64,000 nucleotides of DNA from an uncultured Nitrospirota bacterium (GTDB lineage Bacteria; Nitrospirota; Thermodesulfovibrionia; Thermodesulfovibrionales; JdFR-85), in contig CAZEYP010000005.1 in the NCBI GenBank assembly GCA_964515925.1, positions 276 through 64,275 of the forward strand. Direction: 5' to 3'. The position numbers and the translations under genes were made by a program. Under the pieces are notes generated by a model that saw only the letters and a program-made list of their open reading frames with translations, was not told the DNA's origin and searched no databases. Positions within the stretch are counted from its first letter, which is position 1. The number at the start of each line of letters is the position of its first letter. This document shows positions 8,114 to 17,395 of the stretch, one piece after another.

Positions 8114-10493
8114 GCACTGTCTATCAGAGATCAAAGAAGGCTCTGAAGTAGTGGAAGAAATAGATGGAAGAGAACTTCGGTTTTGCTGTCAGAGCTGTGC
8201 AGGGGTTTACAGGATACTTCACAACTCGGGATTAGATGAATTCTATGAAAGAAGAACAGGCTGGAGTCCTGGGCCACCCGATGATATTAAGATTGATCCA
8301 TCTGTGTTCTCTGATTATATAAAAGGCGACCCGGGTGAGAGGGAAATAGACCTTACAATTTCAGGTATCAGATGCGCCTCCTGTATATGGCTAATAGAGC
8401 ATTTCCTGAAAAAGGAGCCCTCAATAATAGATATCCGCATTAACTACGCAACGCACAGGGCAAAGATAAAGTGGAATGACCAACAGTTAAGTCTGGAGGC
8501 CCTTCTTAACCTCATTAAATCAATAGGTTATACTCCAAGACCCGGCATATATTCAGAGTATCAGGAAGGACTCGAAAAAGACAAAAGAGACCTACTGATT
8601 CGCTTTGGGACTTCTGCCTTTTTCTCAATGCAGCTTATGCTTTATTCCGTAGCACTTTATGCAGGATACTTTCAAGGTATAGAGCCTGTTTACAAGAGAG
8701 TATTTCAATTCATCGCCTGGGCACTTGCAACGCCAGTAATGTTTTACGGTGGTGCACCTTTTATAAGAAACACCCTTTATGGGTTAAAACAAAAAAGTAT
8801 TAACATGGATTCACTTATCCTCCTTGGCGCTGGCGCTGCATATCTCTACAGCATTGTTCTGATTTTCAAAGGAGGAGAGGTGTTCTTTGATACATCAGCT
8901 ATGATAATCACCCTGATTCTACTTGGAAGATTCCTTGAGGCATCGGCTCGTAGAAAGGCTGGAGAGACACTCCAGAAACTCATTGAACTTCAACCATCCA
9001 ATGCAAGGTTAATAGACGATGATGGCAGGGCAAGGTTTGTTGCTGCATCATCGGTAGTGGCAGACATGACAGTAGAGGTTCATGCTGGTGAAAAGATTCC
9101 CCTTGATGGTGTTGTGATTGAAGGAGAGGCAGAAGTTGATGAATCAATGCTTACAGGAGAGTCAAAACCGGTAAGTAAAAAACCCCGGGACAATGTCTTT
9201 GCAGGAACCCTTAACATGAATGGCCGATTGATAATAAAAGTTACAAAACCCTTGAAGGAGAGCCTTCTTTCTCAGATCATAGATGCTGTGGAGGAGGCAC
9301 AGTCAAGAAAGGCTCCTGTTCAGGGCATGGCCGACAGGGTTGTGGTATGGTTTGTACCTGCCATATTAAGTATTTCCATAATAACCTTCTTATACTGGTA
9401 CCTGAATAAAGGCTCCATTAATACCTCTTTTATGAATGCCATATCTGTGCTTGTAGTGGCCTGCCCCTGTGCACTTGGACTTGCAACCCCGCTTGCAATC
9501 CTCATCGGCTCTCTTCGTGCCTCAGCAAAGGGCATACTTATAAAAGGCGGCGACATTCTTGAACAGGCAGCAAAGGCAGATATTCTTTTTATAGACAAAA
9601 CAGGCACCCTGACAGAGGGAAAGCCATCGGTTACCGATATAAAGACATTCGTTGATAAGGAACTGTTGCTCAGGCTGAGTTGTGCTGCAGAAAGCGCCTC
9701 AGGCCACAGTATCGGCAATGCTATAATGAACCTATGTAAAAACAGCGATATTAAACCAGAGCAGTTCAGGGCTATTGCAGGGAAGGGAATAAAGGCAGTG
9801 GTTGACGGTAAAGCAGTACTGATTGGTAACAGGGCATTAATGATGGAAAATAACATTAAAATCAGTTCTGAAGTTGATACTTATGAAAATAATCTTTCCT
9901 CGCAAGGAAAAACAGTAGTGTTTGTAGCTATAGACGGAATGCTTTCAGGTGTTTTCGGGATAGTGGACGCTCTTAAACCAGATGCTCCTGAAACAATAAG
10001 GTCGATAAAAGATATGGGTATCAAAACAATTATGCTTACAGGTGATAATTATGATGTGGCCAGATATATAGGCCATGAGGCAGGCATAAGTAATATACAC
10101 GCAGAACTCAACCCGCTTCAGAAGGCAGACAAAATAAAGGAAGCAAAGGCAGAAGGCAAAATTACAATGATGGCAGGCGATGGCATCAATGATGCCCCAT
10201 CTCTTACAGAGGCTGATGTAGGCATTGCGGCTGGAAGGGCAACAGATGTGGCACTTGAAAGTGCTGATATAGTAATAATGAAGAAAGAGTTAGTGGGGCT
10301 TACAGAATTAATCTGGATTTCAAGGGCTACTCTGAAAATTATCAAACAGAATCTGTTCTGGGCATTCTCATACAATCTTGTTGCAATCCCACTTGCTGTA
10401 TCTGGTATGCTTCATCCGATTGTATCTGCAGCCTCAATGGCAATAAGCTCACTGGTGGTTGTAAGTAACTCTCTCAGGCTGTTAAGATACTGA
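8082..10493 (+). CDS. ccoI: Heavy-metal (Cu) P1B-type ATPase, FixI/CcoI-like
   Basis: 803 aa. N-terminal CKHC...FCCQSC metal-binding domain, CPC (VACPCALGLATP), DKTGTLT, GDGINDAP. Followed by ccoS. Confidence 0.8.
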   Translation: MLSGEELARCKHCLSEIKEGSEVVEEIDGRELRFCCQSCAGVYRILHNSGLDEFYERRTGWSPGPPDDIKIDPSVFSDYIKGDPGEREIDLTISGIRCASCIWLIEHFLKKEPSIIDIRINYATHRAKIKWNDQQLSLEALLNLIKSIGYTPRPGIYSEYQEGLEKDKRDLLIRFGTSAFFSMQLMLYSVALYAGYFQGIEPVYKRVFQFIAWALATPVMFYGGAPFIRNTLYGLKQKSINMDSLILLGAGAAYLYSIVLIFKGGEVFFDTSAMIITLILLGRFLEASARRKAGETLQKLIELQPSNARLIDDDGRARFVAASSVVADMTVEVHAGEKIPLDGVVIEGEAEVDESMLTGESKPVSKKPRDNVFAGTLNMNGRLIIKVTKPLKESLLSQIIDAVEEAQSRKAPVQGMADRVVVWFVPAILSISIITFLYWYLNKGSINTSFMNAISVLVVACPCALGLATPLAILIGSLRASAKGILIKGGDILEQAAKADILFIDKTGTLTEGKPSVTDIKTFVDKELLLRLSCAAESASGHSIGNAIMNLCKNSDIKPEQFRAIAGKGIKAVVDGKAVLIGNRALMMENNIKISSEVDTYENNLSSQGKTVVFVAIDGMLSGVFGIVDALKPDAPETIRSIKDMGIKTIMLTGDNYDVARYIGHEAGISNIHAELNPLQKADKIKEAKAEGKITMMAGDGINDAPSLTEADVGIAAGRATDVALESADIVIMKKELVGLTELIWISRATLKIIKQNLFWAFSYNLVAIPLAVSGMLHPIVSAASMAISSLVVVSNSLRLLRY

Positions 10494-10496
10494 TAA

Positions 10497-10572
10497 AATT
10501 TCAGATTTCAGATTTCAGATTTTAGATTTAGGATTTGGGGGATTTGTTTAGGATTTAGAGTTTAGGGGTTGG
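10497..10572. repeat. Heptamer array GATTTNN decaying into GGATTTRG units
   Basis: gatttca gatttca gatttta gatttag gatttgg ..., lying between ccoI and ccoS. Confidence 0.85.
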
Positions 10573-10585
10573 AGTTTTTAAATAT

Positions 10586-10765
10586 ATGTGGAGTGTTTTT
10601 TTTCTGATAATTGTAGCTCTTGTGCTCGGCGTAGCAGCCTGGCTTATATTCGTATGGGCTGTAAAAAGCGGCCAATACGACGACCCGGAAGGGGCCAAGT
10701 ATCGTATGTTAGAGGATGATGACGAAGAAAGGAATGAGTCTAAAGTAGATACTCAGAAAGATTGA
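10586..10765 (+). CDS. ccoS: cbb3-oxidase maturation protein CcoS/FixS (59 aa, below the ORF-track cutoff)
   Basis: Hand translation gives MWSVFFLIIVALVLGVAAWLIFVWAVKSGQYDDPEGAKYRMLEDDDEERNESKVDTQKD. It has a single TM plus the W-x-x-KSGQYDD signature, and sits downstream of the FixI-type ATPase. Confidence 0.75.
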   Translation: MWSVFFLIIVALVLGVAAWLIFVWAVKSGQYDDPEGAKYRMLEDDDEERNESKVDTQKD

Positions 10766-12143
10766 TTCTGTATTTATTTGGATCAAGGGTTTTTACAATA
10801 GTTCTCAGGTATCTTCCGTTTTCGTTCTTCTCAGTCAGGTCAACCACTTTCCCCTCGATCTTTTTACCTGAGCTGTCAACTATTATCATCACGCGAGGTC
10901 TGTCAGCATGAATCGGATTGCATTCATAAACAAGACCCATCTCCTTTGTATCAAGCAAAACCAGTGAGCCTACAGGGTAGACCCCCACCATGTTTACAAA
11001 GAATTTAAAAAGAACAGGGTCAATCTGTGTACCAGCCCTGTCCATCATTATACTCAGTGCCCTGTCGGGCTGTAGTGGCACCCTTGAATAGACCCTTGAT
11101 GATGTCATTGCATCATACTGGTCTGCAATGGATACTATCTTTGTATAGAAATCAAGTGGTATCTGTGTCTTTATTTTAGGATACCCACTGAAATTCATGT
11201 GCATATGGTGTTCAAAGGCAACGATAGCGCTTCGCATTGTAATATTGTCAACTCCCTTAATCTTTAGAATCGTAAGGAACCCCCAGTAAGGATGTCTTTT
11301 TATTATCTTCCACTCCTCGTCAGTGAATGCAGTCGGTTTATTCAGGATCTCCTTTGGAATCTCCATCTTCCCAATATCGTGGAACAGAGCCACTATCCCC
11401 AGTTCAGTTAATGCCCTGCGCTGCAGCCCGATCTTCTGCCCTATTGCAATTGAAAGGATGCTTACATTAACAGAATGGTGGTAGGTGTATTCATCGTAAT
11501 CCTTTATGGCAGTCATTCCAAGAAGCAGTTGTTCCTCCTCAAGAATCATGTTTACCATTGACTCGATTACCCTCTTTGCCTTCTTAATACTTACCTTCTC
11601 ACCAGCACGCAATTTAGTGATTATACCCTTTGTAAATGAAACCGCATTAAAGTATGTCTTCTTAACTATCCTCCTTCTATCAAGTCCTTCTTCTTCGCTG
11701 ATATGCTTAAGGGGGCCTACATCTATTGTATCCACATCTTCAAGCTTTGCTACCATTGCCTCAAAAGGGGTGTTGAGGTATGCCACATCTATATATGCCT
11801 TAACAAAGAATTTCAGATGCTCCTTGTTAATACCTGGAGAGAATGTCACACTTCCGAGACCTCTTCTTCTGAACTCTCTTATCAGATAATCAAAATTGAG
11901 CATTAACTCTACAGGATATCTGACCCTTGTATCGTTAAGATAAAAATACTCCCCAAGAAGCTCAATTTTTACCAGATTATCCTCAGCAAAAACTGGACTT
12001 ATAAGCTCAAGGAGCCTGTCCATTGCACTCTGAACAGCCACATTATCAAGGCTATGAAAATAGGCATTTCTAATTATTATGGCAAGCTGATTTATCAGCT
12101 CCTTTGCCTTTTCCCTGAACCGGGTTTCATCCTTTTCTTGCAT
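10740..12143 (-). CDS. HD-GYP domain protein (putative c-di-GMP phosphodiesterase) with N-terminal uncharacterised domain
   Basis: 467 aa. Contains HHSVNVS, LFHDIGK and HHMHMNFSGYP. Confidence 0.85.
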   Translation of the reverse strand: MQEKDETRFREKAKELINQLAIIIRNAYFHSLDNVAVQSAMDRLLELISPVFAEDNLVKIELLGEYFYLNDTRVRYPVELMLNFDYLIREFRRRGLGSVTFSPGINKEHLKFFVKAYIDVAYLNTPFEAMVAKLEDVDTIDVGPLKHISEEEGLDRRRIVKKTYFNAVSFTKGIITKLRAGEKVSIKKAKRVIESMVNMILEEEQLLLGMTAIKDYDEYTYHHSVNVSILSIAIGQKIGLQRRALTELGIVALFHDIGKMEIPKEILNKPTAFTDEEWKIIKRHPYWGFLTILKIKGVDNITMRSAIVAFEHHMHMNFSGYPKIKTQIPLDFYTKIVSIADQYDAMTSSRVYSRVPLQPDRALSIMMDRAGTQIDPVLFKFFVNMVGVYPVGSLVLLDTKEMGLVYECNPIHADRPRVMIIVDSSGKKIEGKVVDLTEKNENGRYLRTIVKTLDPNKYRINLSEYLL

Positions 12144-13761
12144 CCTCTATCCTCTTGATAGCTTTTATAACACTTTCCTGAATCATTGGATTTTTGTTGT
12201 TTCGATTCTTCTTTAAAAGTTCAAGTGCCCTTTCGGTACCCAACAGACCAAGACAGTAAGCAGCGATAGCATTGAGCTCTGTGTACTTAGATTTTCTGAA
12301 AAAGCTCCTTTTTTTAAAAAACCCGATTATCAGCTCTTCAATAGCAGGTTCTCGCCACTGGCACAGAGCCTCAAGCAATTCCTTTTTCTCATTAAAGTCC
12401 TTATGAAGAAAATCCTTGCTGTTTATCTCATCAAGTATTATCTTCTTTGCAAGTGGACCACCAATACGCGCAATGCTTCTAATTGCAGCCAGCCTGATAG
12501 TCACATCATCTTCCTTCAAACTGTCCTGTAGTGCCCTGAGTACATCCTGTGCTCCAAGGGCACCAAGGGCATTAATGCACTCCTTTCTTACTCTGATATC
12601 AGGGTGTTTTATAAGAGGCCTAAGATACAGGGTGGCCTCTTTCTTTCCTATCTGATGAAGTATGTAAATAACATTTCTTACAACATACCACCTTCCGTCT
12701 CTCAAACCCCGTGCTATTTCTGCCATATACCTGCTGCCCATTGTTATCAAGATATTAATAATCACCTTCCTTGAAGACATGCTCTGAAGTTCACCAAGCA
12801 GTTTCAACAAATGAGGGATGGCTCTGGAATCAAGATAAGAGGAAAATTCATCTATCTCTTCAGGTTCATAAATAGCGCCTCTTTCAAGGGTATCACCAAA
12901 GGTTAGTATTATATCTTCAGAGTTGATATATTCAATCACATCAGAAAAGTACTTTTTTCTGGTTTCTTCGTTATATCCTTTTATCTTTTTCATAGCAAAA
13001 AGCAGCGTTGACAATGTACCATGTTCAACAGCATACCTGATGGTGTCTCTCATGAATCCTGCAATTTCTCGTATCTCTGTCTGGGTTTCTGCATATCTTA
13101 AGGCTTCAAAAAGCAGTATCATGAATTTATGACTCTTATCTGGCTGGTCGTTTTCAATCTCTTCAACAATTGCCTGAAGGTCCTCATTGGTAAGTGGAAC
13201 TATGTTTACTCTCTCAGTGCTGGATGCCCCAAAGGCATCCTCGTAGGCCTTAATAATCTCATCCTCGCTGGCTGTTGCGTCCTTAACCTCTTCGGTTGCA
13301 GTGTATTCGTATCCCTCGTCTATCTCTTCAAATATAAAATTCTCATCCACCACATAGCTGATGTATTGAAAATCCCGCTCCCACATCAGGGTTACCACAT
13401 CGTCGTCCAGGAATTCTCGTTCAAAATCAGCTGCTATTATCTTAAGGAAATCTGTCAGTTCATCCTCGGGGAGCCCTTTCTTAAAACTCAGCTCCCTAAC
13501 TCCGTCTTTAAAGAAGAACAGGGCAAGGCTTTCGTCCTTTTCTCTGTTTTCATAAACAACTTCATCTTCATAAATTATCTCGAAATGTTTTATTCGTAGT
13601 TTAAGTTCTTCCATATAATCAAGCAACTCTGAGAATCGCTGATACACATCTTTGAGGGTGTTTTGATAAACCGGATTGTTTTCAGGATAAATCCTGATAT
13701 TTTTTCTTGCCTTGACAATGGCCTGAATGAGCTCTTTTACTTCATTGATATCATGTGACAT
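12127..13761 (-). CDS. HEAT-repeat protein with N-terminal domain resembling that of the downstream HD-GYP protein
   Basis: 544 aa. C-terminal half has repeated HEAT/PBS-lyase-like units (DIRVRKECINALGALG, DVTIRLAAIRSIARIG). Its stop overlaps the HD-GYP start by 17 nt. Confidence 0.65.
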   Translation of the reverse strand: MSHDINEVKELIQAIVKARKNIRIYPENNPVYQNTLKDVYQRFSELLDYMEELKLRIKHFEIIYEDEVVYENREKDESLALFFFKDGVRELSFKKGLPEDELTDFLKIIAADFEREFLDDDVVTLMWERDFQYISYVVDENFIFEEIDEGYEYTATEEVKDATASEDEIIKAYEDAFGASSTERVNIVPLTNEDLQAIVEEIENDQPDKSHKFMILLFEALRYAETQTEIREIAGFMRDTIRYAVEHGTLSTLLFAMKKIKGYNEETRKKYFSDVIEYINSEDIILTFGDTLERGAIYEPEEIDEFSSYLDSRAIPHLLKLLGELQSMSSRKVIINILITMGSRYMAEIARGLRDGRWYVVRNVIYILHQIGKKEATLYLRPLIKHPDIRVRKECINALGALGAQDVLRALQDSLKEDDVTIRLAAIRSIARIGGPLAKKIILDEINSKDFLHKDFNEKKELLEALCQWREPAIEELIIGFFKKRSFFRKSKYTELNAIAAYCLGLLGTERALELLKKNRNNKNPMIQESVIKAIKRIEDARKG

Positions 13762-13763
13762 GG

Positions 13764-14036
13764 CTAAACAATAATGATTTTTCTCTGTTTAAGATAGTTT
13801 CTGATGATCATCAAGGCAGAGTTCAATCTCTGAAGCCTCATATTTCGGTATCTGATTGCCTGAATGTCATTGTAAGGAAACTTCTCCCCCCTTATCTCAT
13901 TCTGAGCCCGCTGAATCTCTTTATATAACTGTTTTATCACATCTGAGTCAAGTGGTTTAAGGAAAAGGGGATTTACCGTAACATATCCCTCCGCGATGTC
14001 CCAGACAATCGACCTTACACTCTTACCCCGTATCAT
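13764..14036 (-). CDS. Hypothetical 90-aa protein
   Basis: ORF wedged between tatC (14-nt overlap) and the HEAT gene (2-nt gap). No recognisable motif. Confidence 0.45.
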   Translation of the reverse strand: MIRGKSVRSIVWDIAEGYVTVNPLFLKPLDSDVIKQLYKEIQRAQNEIRGEKFPYNDIQAIRYRNMRLQRLNSALMIIRNYLKQRKIIIV

Positions 14037-14814
14037 CCTTTTTCTCGTCTTTCTTCTTGGAAAAAATCTTAGAAATTATTATACCAGCCTCGTATAAGAT
14101 TAAAATAGGCCCTGCCATGAGTGTCTGGTTGAAGGCATCTGGCGTTGGGGTTAATATCGCCGCCAGCACAAAGGCAATCAGTATTGCGTATTTTCTGTTC
14201 TTCGAAAGGGTTTTTGGTGTGACAATACCCATGCGGGTTAAAAATAGAATCACTATTGGCAACTCAAATATTGCACCAAAGGCAAGCAGGAATTTAAGTG
14301 TAAAATCAATATAGCTGCCCACCGATATCATCGGCATCAAAGAGCCAGTCTTATAGGTAAGCAAAAAGCCCATTGCAAAGGGTAGTATCACCATAAAACA
14401 AAAGATATCACCTATTAAAAAGAGTCCAGTGCCTGCAATGATAAAAGGGCCTACATATTTTTTCTCGTGAGGCAGCAGACCAGGTGCAACAAACTGCCAT
14501 ATCTGGTAAAGGATAATCGGTATAGACAACAACACACCTGCTACAATGGAAACCTTGATATGCATCCAGAATGCCTCGGCAGGTGCAAGGAAGACAAGCT
14601 TCTGTACTGGATGTTCTTTTTGAATTAATTCAAGATAGGGTGATGAAAGCTTCAGATGCAGGTCATAACGCAACGGTACAGTTAATAATCTGAAAAGCTT
14701 CTCAGAATAAGCGAAACTGATACCAAAACCAATACCCACAGCTATTAGAGATTTAATCAGCCTCTGCCTGAGTTCCTGAAGATGGGCTGTAAGGGGTAGC
14801 TTTTCTTCACGCAT
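14023..14814 (-). CDS. tatC: Twin-arginine translocase subunit TatC
   Basis: 263 aa starting [17 protein letters not shown], six TM segments, typical TatC layout. Confidence 0.9.
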   Translation of the reverse strand: MREEKLPLTAHLQELRQRLIKSLIAVGIGFGISFAYSEKLFRLLTVPLRYDLHLKLSSPYLELIQKEHPVQKLVFLAPAEAFWMHIKVSIVAGVLLSIPIILYQIWQFVAPGLLPHEKKYVGPFIIAGTGLFLIGDIFCFMVILPFAMGFLLTYKTGSLMPMISVGSYIDFTLKFLLAFGAIFELPIVILFLTRMGIVTPKTLSKNRKYAILIAFVLAAILTPTPDAFNQTLMAGPILILYEAGIIISKIFSKKKDEKKDDTG

Positions 14815-15136
14815 CGGATTTTGGCCCTTCCTCCTCTTTAGAAGGCTGCTCTTTTATACTGCTTTGTTCATCAGTTTTTTCATCTGCCTCCTTAAGGTAT
14901 TCATTATAATCAAACTTCGGAAGGTCCCTTGTTATATCCTTTATCTCTGTAGAGATTGGAGATTTTATCTCCTCCATCTCAGAATCAATCTGCTCCTTAA
15001 CCCCCTGAAGTGCCTTCTTCAGCTCATTGACCCCCTTACCAAGGCTCCTCGCAAGCTCAGGAAGCCTCTGAGGTCCAAACACTAAAAGCGCCACCACAAA
15101 GATGACTATAAGTTCAGGCATTCCAATGTCAAACAT
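14807..15136 (-). CDS. tatA: Twin-arginine translocase TatA/TatB-family subunit
   Basis: 109 aa starting [28 protein letters not shown], then an amphipathic helix and an acidic tail. Confidence 0.85.
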   Translation of the reverse strand: MFDIGMPELIVIFVVALLVFGPQRLPELARSLGKGVNELKKALQGVKEQIDSEMEEIKSPISTEIKDITRDLPKFDYNEYLKEADEKTDEQSSIKEQPSKEEEGPKSDA

Positions 15137-15137
15137 G

Positions 15138-16487
15138 CTACCTCACCCTCAAACTTATGTATATATACCCTGAGGCCCTTTTAAGAAGAAGCAGGATAGA
15201 ATCACCTCGTCTTAAATCCTTTACCACTTCGGCCAGCTCTTCAACAGTGGTCACCCTTTTTCTGTTTGCCTCTATAATTATATCTCCCCGGTGTATGTTT
15301 TCCTCTTCAGCCACAGAGCCTTCAAGAACACTAACCACAATTACTGCTCCACCATCTTTGATTCCATACTGTTCTGCAATGGCAGGATGAAGGGTCTTAA
15401 CCCTCAGACCAAGCACTCTGGCAATCATACTTTCAGGTGTTGCAGAGCCAGCAGCAAGTCTCTCAATGGTTACATGAAGGGTCTTAATCTCTCTGTTTCT
15501 GAAAACCTTCATCTCAACAGTTGTACCAACAGGTGTTGCAGCCACCAGTCTTGGTAGCTCATACATTCCCTCTATGGACTTACCGTTGTATTCAATTATT
15601 ATATCACCACGCTGAACACCGGCCTTGTCTGCTGGAGAACCCTTTGTAACATCAGCTACAAGCGCACCTCTTGGCCTGTCAAGTCCAAAACTCTTTGCAA
15701 TCTCTGGTGTCACCTTCTGTACTGTCACTCCGAGCCATCCCCTCTCTACAAAACCCTTCTCCTTTAATGATTTAACAACCTGCTTTACAAGATTTATTGG
15801 AATGGCAAACCCTATCCCTATATTTCCACCTGATGTTGAAAAGATTGCAGTGCTTATCCCTACAACCTCGGCATCAATATTAAAGAGAGGGCCTCCTGAG
15901 TTGCCAGGATTAATTGCAGCGTCGGTCTGTATAAAATCATCGTAGGGGCCTGTACCAAGAACCCTCCCCTTTGCACTTACTATCCCTGCAGTAACTGTAT
16001 GACTGAAACCAAAGGGATTTCCGATTGCTATCACCCAGTCTCCCACTTCCAGTTTATCAGAATCACCAAGCGGAGCTACAGGCAATTCCTTCTCTGGCTC
16101 TATCTTCAGAAGCGCCACATCTGTTTTTTCATCTTTTCCTATCACCCTGGCAGGGTACTCTGTTTCATTCCAGAGCCTAACCCTTATATCCTCTGCCCTA
16201 TCGATCACATGATAATTGGTTACAATATATCCATCGCTGCTTATTATTACCCCGGAGCCCAGGGAATGTCTTCTGAATTTTTTTGGTTCATCCATTGGAG
16301 AGCCAGGCAGAAAGGGAAAGGGAGAGCTCCTCTTTGTTACCACCTTTGTAGTGCTAATGTTAACAACTGTCTTTGCCCTCAGTTTGACTATTTCGGCAAA
16401 AGACTCGGGCACTGGACGGGCAAAGGCAAAACTAAAAGATAACAAACATAATGCAATGGCGATTATTAGACTTTTATAAATCTTCAT
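15138..16487 (-). CDS. Periplasmic serine endoprotease DegP/HtrA family (2 PDZ)
   Basis: 449 aa with a signal peptide. Catalytic motifs TNYHVI, DVALLKI and [17 protein letters not shown] lies inside the upstream gene's end, and the junction is TAATG. Confidence 0.9.
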   Translation of the reverse strand: MKIYKSLIIAIALCLLSFSFAFARPVPESFAEIVKLRAKTVVNISTTKVVTKRSSPFPFLPGSPMDEPKKFRRHSLGSGVIISSDGYIVTNYHVIDRAEDIRVRLWNETEYPARVIGKDEKTDVALLKIEPEKELPVAPLGDSDKLEVGDWVIAIGNPFGFSHTVTAGIVSAKGRVLGTGPYDDFIQTDAAINPGNSGGPLFNIDAEVVGISTAIFSTSGGNIGIGFAIPINLVKQVVKSLKEKGFVERGWLGVTVQKVTPEIAKSFGLDRPRGALVADVTKGSPADKAGVQRGDIIIEYNGKSIEGMYELPRLVAATPVGTTVEMKVFRNREIKTLHVTIERLAAGSATPESMIARVLGLRVKTLHPAIAEQYGIKDGGAVIVVSVLEGSVAEEENIHRGDIIIEANRKRVTTVEELAEVVKDLRRGDSILLLLKRASGYIYISLRVR

Positions 16488-17269
16488 TATTCCTCCTCGT
16501 AAATCTTTTTTATCTCTTTCTTTTCAACCGGGAACTTCATGCTAATAGAGAAAAAGAAACGCCATTCAGGGTCACGATTTTTGAAATCATAGCCAAGGCC
16601 AACCACTGAAAAACTATTTGACGAAAGCCTTACTCTGTAGCCAAATCTTCCCTCAATAAGTCCAACGCTTTCAGAATCGTGTCCCTTTCTGATAAGAAAC
16701 TCACTCAGTATGTTAAAGTTGTGTCCTGCGGCAAGGTCAAAACCAATTCTGGTCTCAAAAAGGTCTTCCTGTGAAGCTGTTGTTGGTTTATAATAAAACA
16801 TATTAAGGTTTCCCTGAAAGGGGCCCAACCTTTTACTCAGTAAAACACCTACCCCCGCATGCCCTTCTGAACTGAAGGCGTCCTTTCCAGGTGCAGAAAA
16901 GGCAAGGACATATGACACATTAGGCCCGTATTTTAATCCACTAACTACCCTTTTCTTGAACCCGAAGCTTATGTCATCAAGTCCTTCTGTATCCTGAAGA
17001 CCTGTAATAAAGGGAATGGTTACTATAACATCTGAGCTATCTGTTATGCCGTATTCAGTAGAAAGAGTGAATCGATAAAAACTCGTATCTATTGAACGCT
17101 CGGCAGACAGAATAATGCCGTAATGATTATCACCAACAGTTTCAGCATTAAAAGTAGAAAAAACACCAAATGGCTGTGGAGGCAGAAGTCCAATGTTGTC
17201 AAAGGCACTGGATGGTCGAGCGACTATAATCAGGGAAAAAACACCTATAATAAATAATATTTTTTTCAT
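16487..17269 (-). CDS. Putative small outer-membrane beta-barrel protein
   Basis: 260 aa with a signal peptide (MKKILFIIGVFSLIIVARPSSA), alternating-residue strands, and aromatic-rich composition with no helices. Confidence 0.5.
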   Translation of the reverse strand: MKKILFIIGVFSLIIVARPSSAFDNIGLLPPQPFGVFSTFNAETVGDNHYGIILSAERSIDTSFYRFTLSTEYGITDSSDVIVTIPFITGLQDTEGLDDISFGFKKRVVSGLKYGPNVSYVLAFSAPGKDAFSSEGHAGVGVLLSKRLGPFQGNLNMFYYKPTTASQEDLFETRIGFDLAAGHNFNILSEFLIRKGHDSESVGLIEGRFGYRVRLSSNSFSVVGLGYDFKNRDPEWRFFFSISMKFPVEKKEIKKIYEEE

Positions 17270-17274
17270 TCCTA

Positions 17275-17304
17275 AAAATAACAGAACATGAAAGATGGTG
17301 TCAA
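17275..17304 (-). promoter_or_regulatory. Candidate sigma70 promoter for the OMP-degP-tat operon (TTGACA-18-TATTTT)
   Basis: On the minus strand the sequence reads gTTGACAccatctttcatgttctgtTATTTTtaggaATG. The -10 ends 5 nt before the ATG. Confidence 0.3.
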
Positions 17305-17395
17305 ACTCTTTTCTTATAAATAATCTATATTATACAATATCAGGGACTGGTCTCATGATATCCATAGATAAACCACTAACACAGGAGGCATACAG

